The translations under genes were made by a program, and so were the position numbers. The notes under the pieces are model-generated. The model saw only the letters and a list, made by a program, of their open reading frames with translations. It was not told where the DNA came from and searched no databases. A stretch of 62,648 nucleotides of DNA, counting the filler. It is 8 parts of 8 records of this genome, joined end to end, with 100 filler letters (N's around TTAATTAATTAA, not from the genome) between each part and the next. Parts side by side here need not be neighbours in the genome. Positions count along the whole stretch, not along the records: positions 56,857 to 62,648 come from DRR723986_8079; 7 more parts are not named here. One strand, given 5' to 3'. This document shows positions 60,074 to 62,648 of this stretch, piece after piece. The first letter of the stretch is position 1, and every line of letters begins with the position of its first letter.

Positions 60074-61504
60074 ATGGATTACACCGATCTCTATATCAAC
60101 GGCCAATGGCGTGACGGCGCTGACAAGGTCCGTTTCGACGTTCTGAACCCTGCAACCGAGGAAGTGCTAGCGTCCGTTGCCTCTGCTGAGATTGCCGATG
60201 CCGACGCCGCGCTGGACGCTGCCGAGGCCGCGATGAAGGACTGGGCCGCGCGCACCCCGCGGCAGCGCTCCGAAGTCTTGCGCAAGGCGTGGGAGTTGAT
60301 GACCGTGAAGCTCGATCACTTCGCCCATCTGATCACGCTGGAAAACGGCAAGGCGCGCGTCGATGCCATGGGCGAGGCCGCCTATGCCGCCGAATTCTTC
60401 CGCTGGTTCGCGGAAGAAGCCGTGCGCGCCGACGGGCTGATCACTCATGCCCCCGCGTCCGGCGCGCGGATCATCGTCCAGCACAAGCCTGCGGGCCTCG
60501 CCGTGCTGATCACGCCGTGGAACTACCCTGCCGCCATGGGCACCCGCAAGATCGCGCCCGCTTTGGCCGCTGGCTGCGGCGTGATCATCAAGCCTGCCTC
60601 GGAAACCCCGCTGACCATGCTGGCGCTGATGCCGCTGCTTGAGGAAGCGGGCGTCCCTGCTGGTCTGGTAAACGTCTTGCCCTCGCGCCGCACGGGTGCG
60701 CTGGTCGATCACATGCTGCACGATCCGCGCGTGCGTGTGGTCAGCTTCACCGGCTCCACCGGCGTGGGCCGCAAGCTGCTTAAGGGGGCCGCAGATCAGG
60801 TGCTGAAACCGGCGATGGAACTGGGCGGCAACGCGCCCTGCATCGTGTTCGACGACGCCGATATGGAGACCGCCATCGAGGGCACGATGCTGGCCAAGAT
60901 GCGCAACCTGGGCGAGGCCTGCACCGCCGCCAACCGCATCTATGTGCATGAGGACGTGGCCGAGGACTTCACCCGCCGTCTGGTCGAACGCATGCAGGCG
61001 CTGAAACTGGGCGACGGCACCGATCCCACGGTCGATGTCGGCCCGCTGGTCAACGCAGACACCCGCGACAAGGTGGCGGAGTTCGTGGCGGACGCGCTGG
61101 CCAAGGGGGCGAAACTTGAATGCGGGGGCGCGGTGCCGACTGGCAAAGGGTATTTCTATCCGCCCACGGTGATCTCCAACGTGCCGGAAACCGCAGACTG
61201 TGTGCAGGACGAGATCTTCGGCCCAGTCGCCGCGATCCAGACCTTCACCGATCAGGAGGACGTGATCAAACGTGCCAACGACACCGAGTACGGGCTGGTG
61301 GCCTATGTCTTCAGCGAGGACATGAAGCGCGCGCTACAGGTTTGCGAGCGGCTGGACTATGGCATGGTAGGTCTCAACCGGGGCCTCGTCTCGGACCCCG
61401 CCGCGCCCTTTGGTGGCACCAAGCAATCGGGACTCGGTCGCGAAGGCGGACACGAGGGCATGCTGGAGTTCATGGAAACCCAATATATCTCGGCCAGTTG
61501 GTAA
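60074..61504 (+). CDS. NAD(P)-dependent aldehyde dehydrogenase (SSADH/GabD-like)
   Basis: ITPWNYP, KPASETP, SFTGST, MELGGNAP, GEACTAANR, EIFGP, PFGG.KQSGLGREG. Confidence 0.94.
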   Translation: MDYTDLYINGQWRDGADKVRFDVLNPATEEVLASVASAEIADADAALDAAEAAMKDWAARTPRQRSEVLRKAWELMTVKLDHFAHLITLENGKARVDAMGEAAYAAEFFRWFAEEAVRADGLITHAPASGARIIVQHKPAGLAVLITPWNYPAAMGTRKIAPALAAGCGVIIKPASETPLTMLALMPLLEEAGVPAGLVNVLPSRRTGALVDHMLHDPRVRVVSFTGSTGVGRKLLKGAADQVLKPAMELGGNAPCIVFDDADMETAIEGTMLAKMRNLGEACTAANRIYVHEDVAEDFTRRLVERMQALKLGDGTDPTVDVGPLVNADTRDKVAEFVADALAKGAKLECGGAVPTGKGYFYPPTVISNVPETADCVQDEIFGPVAAIQTFTDQEDVIKRANDTEYGLVAYVFSEDMKRALQVCERLDYGMVGLNRGLVSDPAAPFGGTKQSGLGREGGHEGMLEFMETQYISASW

Positions 61505-61515
61505 GGGGAGCGGTC

Positions 61516-62406
61516 ATGAAGATTCAGGCAAGCCCGAGCACCAGGTACTACGCCGCCAACAAGGGCGTCGATCTGGACGCACTGGCCATACAAACCGGCC
61601 GCATGACCCTCGGTCGCGAAGACGTGGATGCGCATCTAAACGGGGGCGGCAAGGCACCCACCCTCGACGCTAGCCGGTACTGGGATGTGGACCATGCGGC
61701 CTATGGACCGGTGAAGGAAGAGCCGCTTTCGCGCATCGCGCAGATCGCTTCGGCCAATCTGTCTGCGGCCAACACGATGATCCCGCAAGTGACCCATCAT
61801 GACCGCGCCGATATGCGTGCGGTCGAGGCGTTCCGCAAGACGCTGAGGGACGAGGGCGCGGCGCGGGGCGTGAAGATCACGGCGCTGGCCTTCCACGTCA
61901 TGGCACTGGCCCGGACGCTCAGGGCCATCCCACGGTTCAACGCGTCGCTGACGCCGGATGGCGAAACGCTTGTGCTCAAGGACTATGTCCATATCGGCAT
62001 CGCCGTGGACACGCCCCATGGCCTGATGGTCCCGGTCATCCGAGACGCGGACAAAAAGGGCCTTTGGCAGATCGCAACGGATATCGCGGATCTTGCTGCA
62101 CGCGCCGGGACGCGAAAGCTGAGCGGTGCAGACATGGGTGGCGGGTCGATGTCACTCTCGAACCTTGGTGGCATCGGCGGCAGCGCCTTTACCCCCATAG
62201 TGAACCCACCGGAGTTGGCGATCCTCGGCCTCACCCGCACCGAGACCGTGCCCGTCTGGGAGGGCGGAGAATGGACCCCCGTTCCGATGGCACCGCTTGA
62301 CCTGTCCTACGATCACCGCGTCATCAACGGTGCGGACGCGGCGCGGTTCCTGAGCTATTTCGCACGTCTTCTGGCCGATCCGCGCCGGCTCGTTCTTCCA
62401 GTCTGA
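61516..62406 (+). CDS. Dihydrolipoamide acyltransferase catalytic protein lacking lipoyl domains
   Basis: GGGGAG RBS; starts at PSBD-like QASPSTR; HIGIAVDTP.GL.VPVIR, SLSNLGGIGG, FTPIVNPPE, LSYDHRVINGADAARF. Confidence 0.9.
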   Translation: MKIQASPSTRYYAANKGVDLDALAIQTGRMTLGREDVDAHLNGGGKAPTLDASRYWDVDHAAYGPVKEEPLSRIAQIASANLSAANTMIPQVTHHDRADMRAVEAFRKTLRDEGAARGVKITALAFHVMALARTLRAIPRFNASLTPDGETLVLKDYVHIGIAVDTPHGLMVPVIRDADKKGLWQIATDIADLAARAGTRKLSGADMGGGSMSLSNLGGIGGSAFTPIVNPPELAILGLTRTETVPVWEGGEWTPVPMAPLDLSYDHRVINGADAARFLSYFARLLADPRRLVLPV

Positions 62407-62466
62407 CCTGTGCCTTCGTCACAAGCCGACACCCGGAAAAAGCGCCGCGCCAGCGCCGTTCCTTGT

Positions 62467-62499
62467 TGACCCTCCCCGACTGAAGTGGCCCGCCCCTAG
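62467..62499. mobile_element. Possible degenerate IS3-family terminal inverted repeat remnant
   Basis: TGACCTCCCCGACTGAAGTGGCCCGCCCCT resembles, from memory, TGA.CTGC.CCC....AAGTGGTCC IS3-type ends. No transposase is present. Confidence 0.3.
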
Positions 62500-62618
62500 T
62501 GCCTTGGGCTATCGGTGGCCAAGCGGTCTGCGGTGGAAGCTATGTGAAAGCCAAGGAACGGATGCGTGCCGACTCGCAAGAAGCGATCTACGCAAGTTTT
62601 TGATTGTATTTTGAAAAG

Positions 62619-62648
62619 TGGCGATCCCGCGAGGACTCGAACCCCGAA
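62619..62648 (-). tRNA. tRNA 3' fragment (T-arm, acceptor, CCA), possibly tRNA-Arg
   Basis: Reverse complement TTCGGGGTTCGAGTCCTCGCGGGATCGCCA; the anticodon lies outside the window. Confidence 0.8.

Noticed and set aside
61120-61515. N-terminal extension of the catalytic E2 that might hide a lipoyl domain
   Set aside because: It overlaps the ALDH gene out of frame and has no DKA lipoyl motif; a good RBS precedes the ATG at 61516.

Overview
This window is not one locus. It is eight unrelated contigs joined by artificial 100-nt spacers (N44-TTAATTAATTAA-N44), consistent with a marine eukaryote-plus-bacteria metagenome. (1) 1-5355: a very GC-rich eukaryotic fragment. It holds a stop-free minus-strand exon (5283->1, 1761 codons) that the ORF track missed. 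The exon encodes part of a giant extracellular protein with nine sushi/CCP-like six-Cys repeats. Five of these repeats carry lectin-type modules (AbfB/CBM42-like, PAN plus C-type-lectin-like, ConA/LamG-like) nested in the same loop. (2) 5456-22414: Rhodobacteraceae-like core region (acuC, NUDIX, tandem GT2, PTP-like/MsbA, tatD-holB-tmk-dac-SPOR, tRNA-Ser start). (3) 22515-27853: gammaproteobacterial (Marinobacter-like) sufCDSA-sufT-sufE plus a flgT-like tail. (4) 27954-37762: dxr-rseP-bamA-skp-lpxD-fabZ-lpxA-lpxB-rnhB and a tRNA-fMet start. (5) 37863-45000: Rhodobacteraceae-like, with an orphan pair (68-aa protein plus FIST-like/DUF6976 protein), then SMR, Fur, DMT, eno, usg (CIRCE-like site upstream) and gyrA. 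(6) 45101-50260: tRNA-Thr, murA, hisD region. (7) 50361-56756: uxuA/uxuB-like genes, GntR and a TRAP transporter for sugar acids. (8) 56857-62648: an acetoin/2-oxoacid-dehydrogenase-like cluster next to a tRNA 3' end. Its E2 appears split into a di-lipoyl protein with a degenerate core and a lipoyl-less catalytic protein. The best candidates for new biology are the nested-lectin eukaryotic protein, the split/pseudo-E2 complex and the small-protein + FIST-like pair. All family and taxon calls come from recognising motifs by eye; no searches were run.
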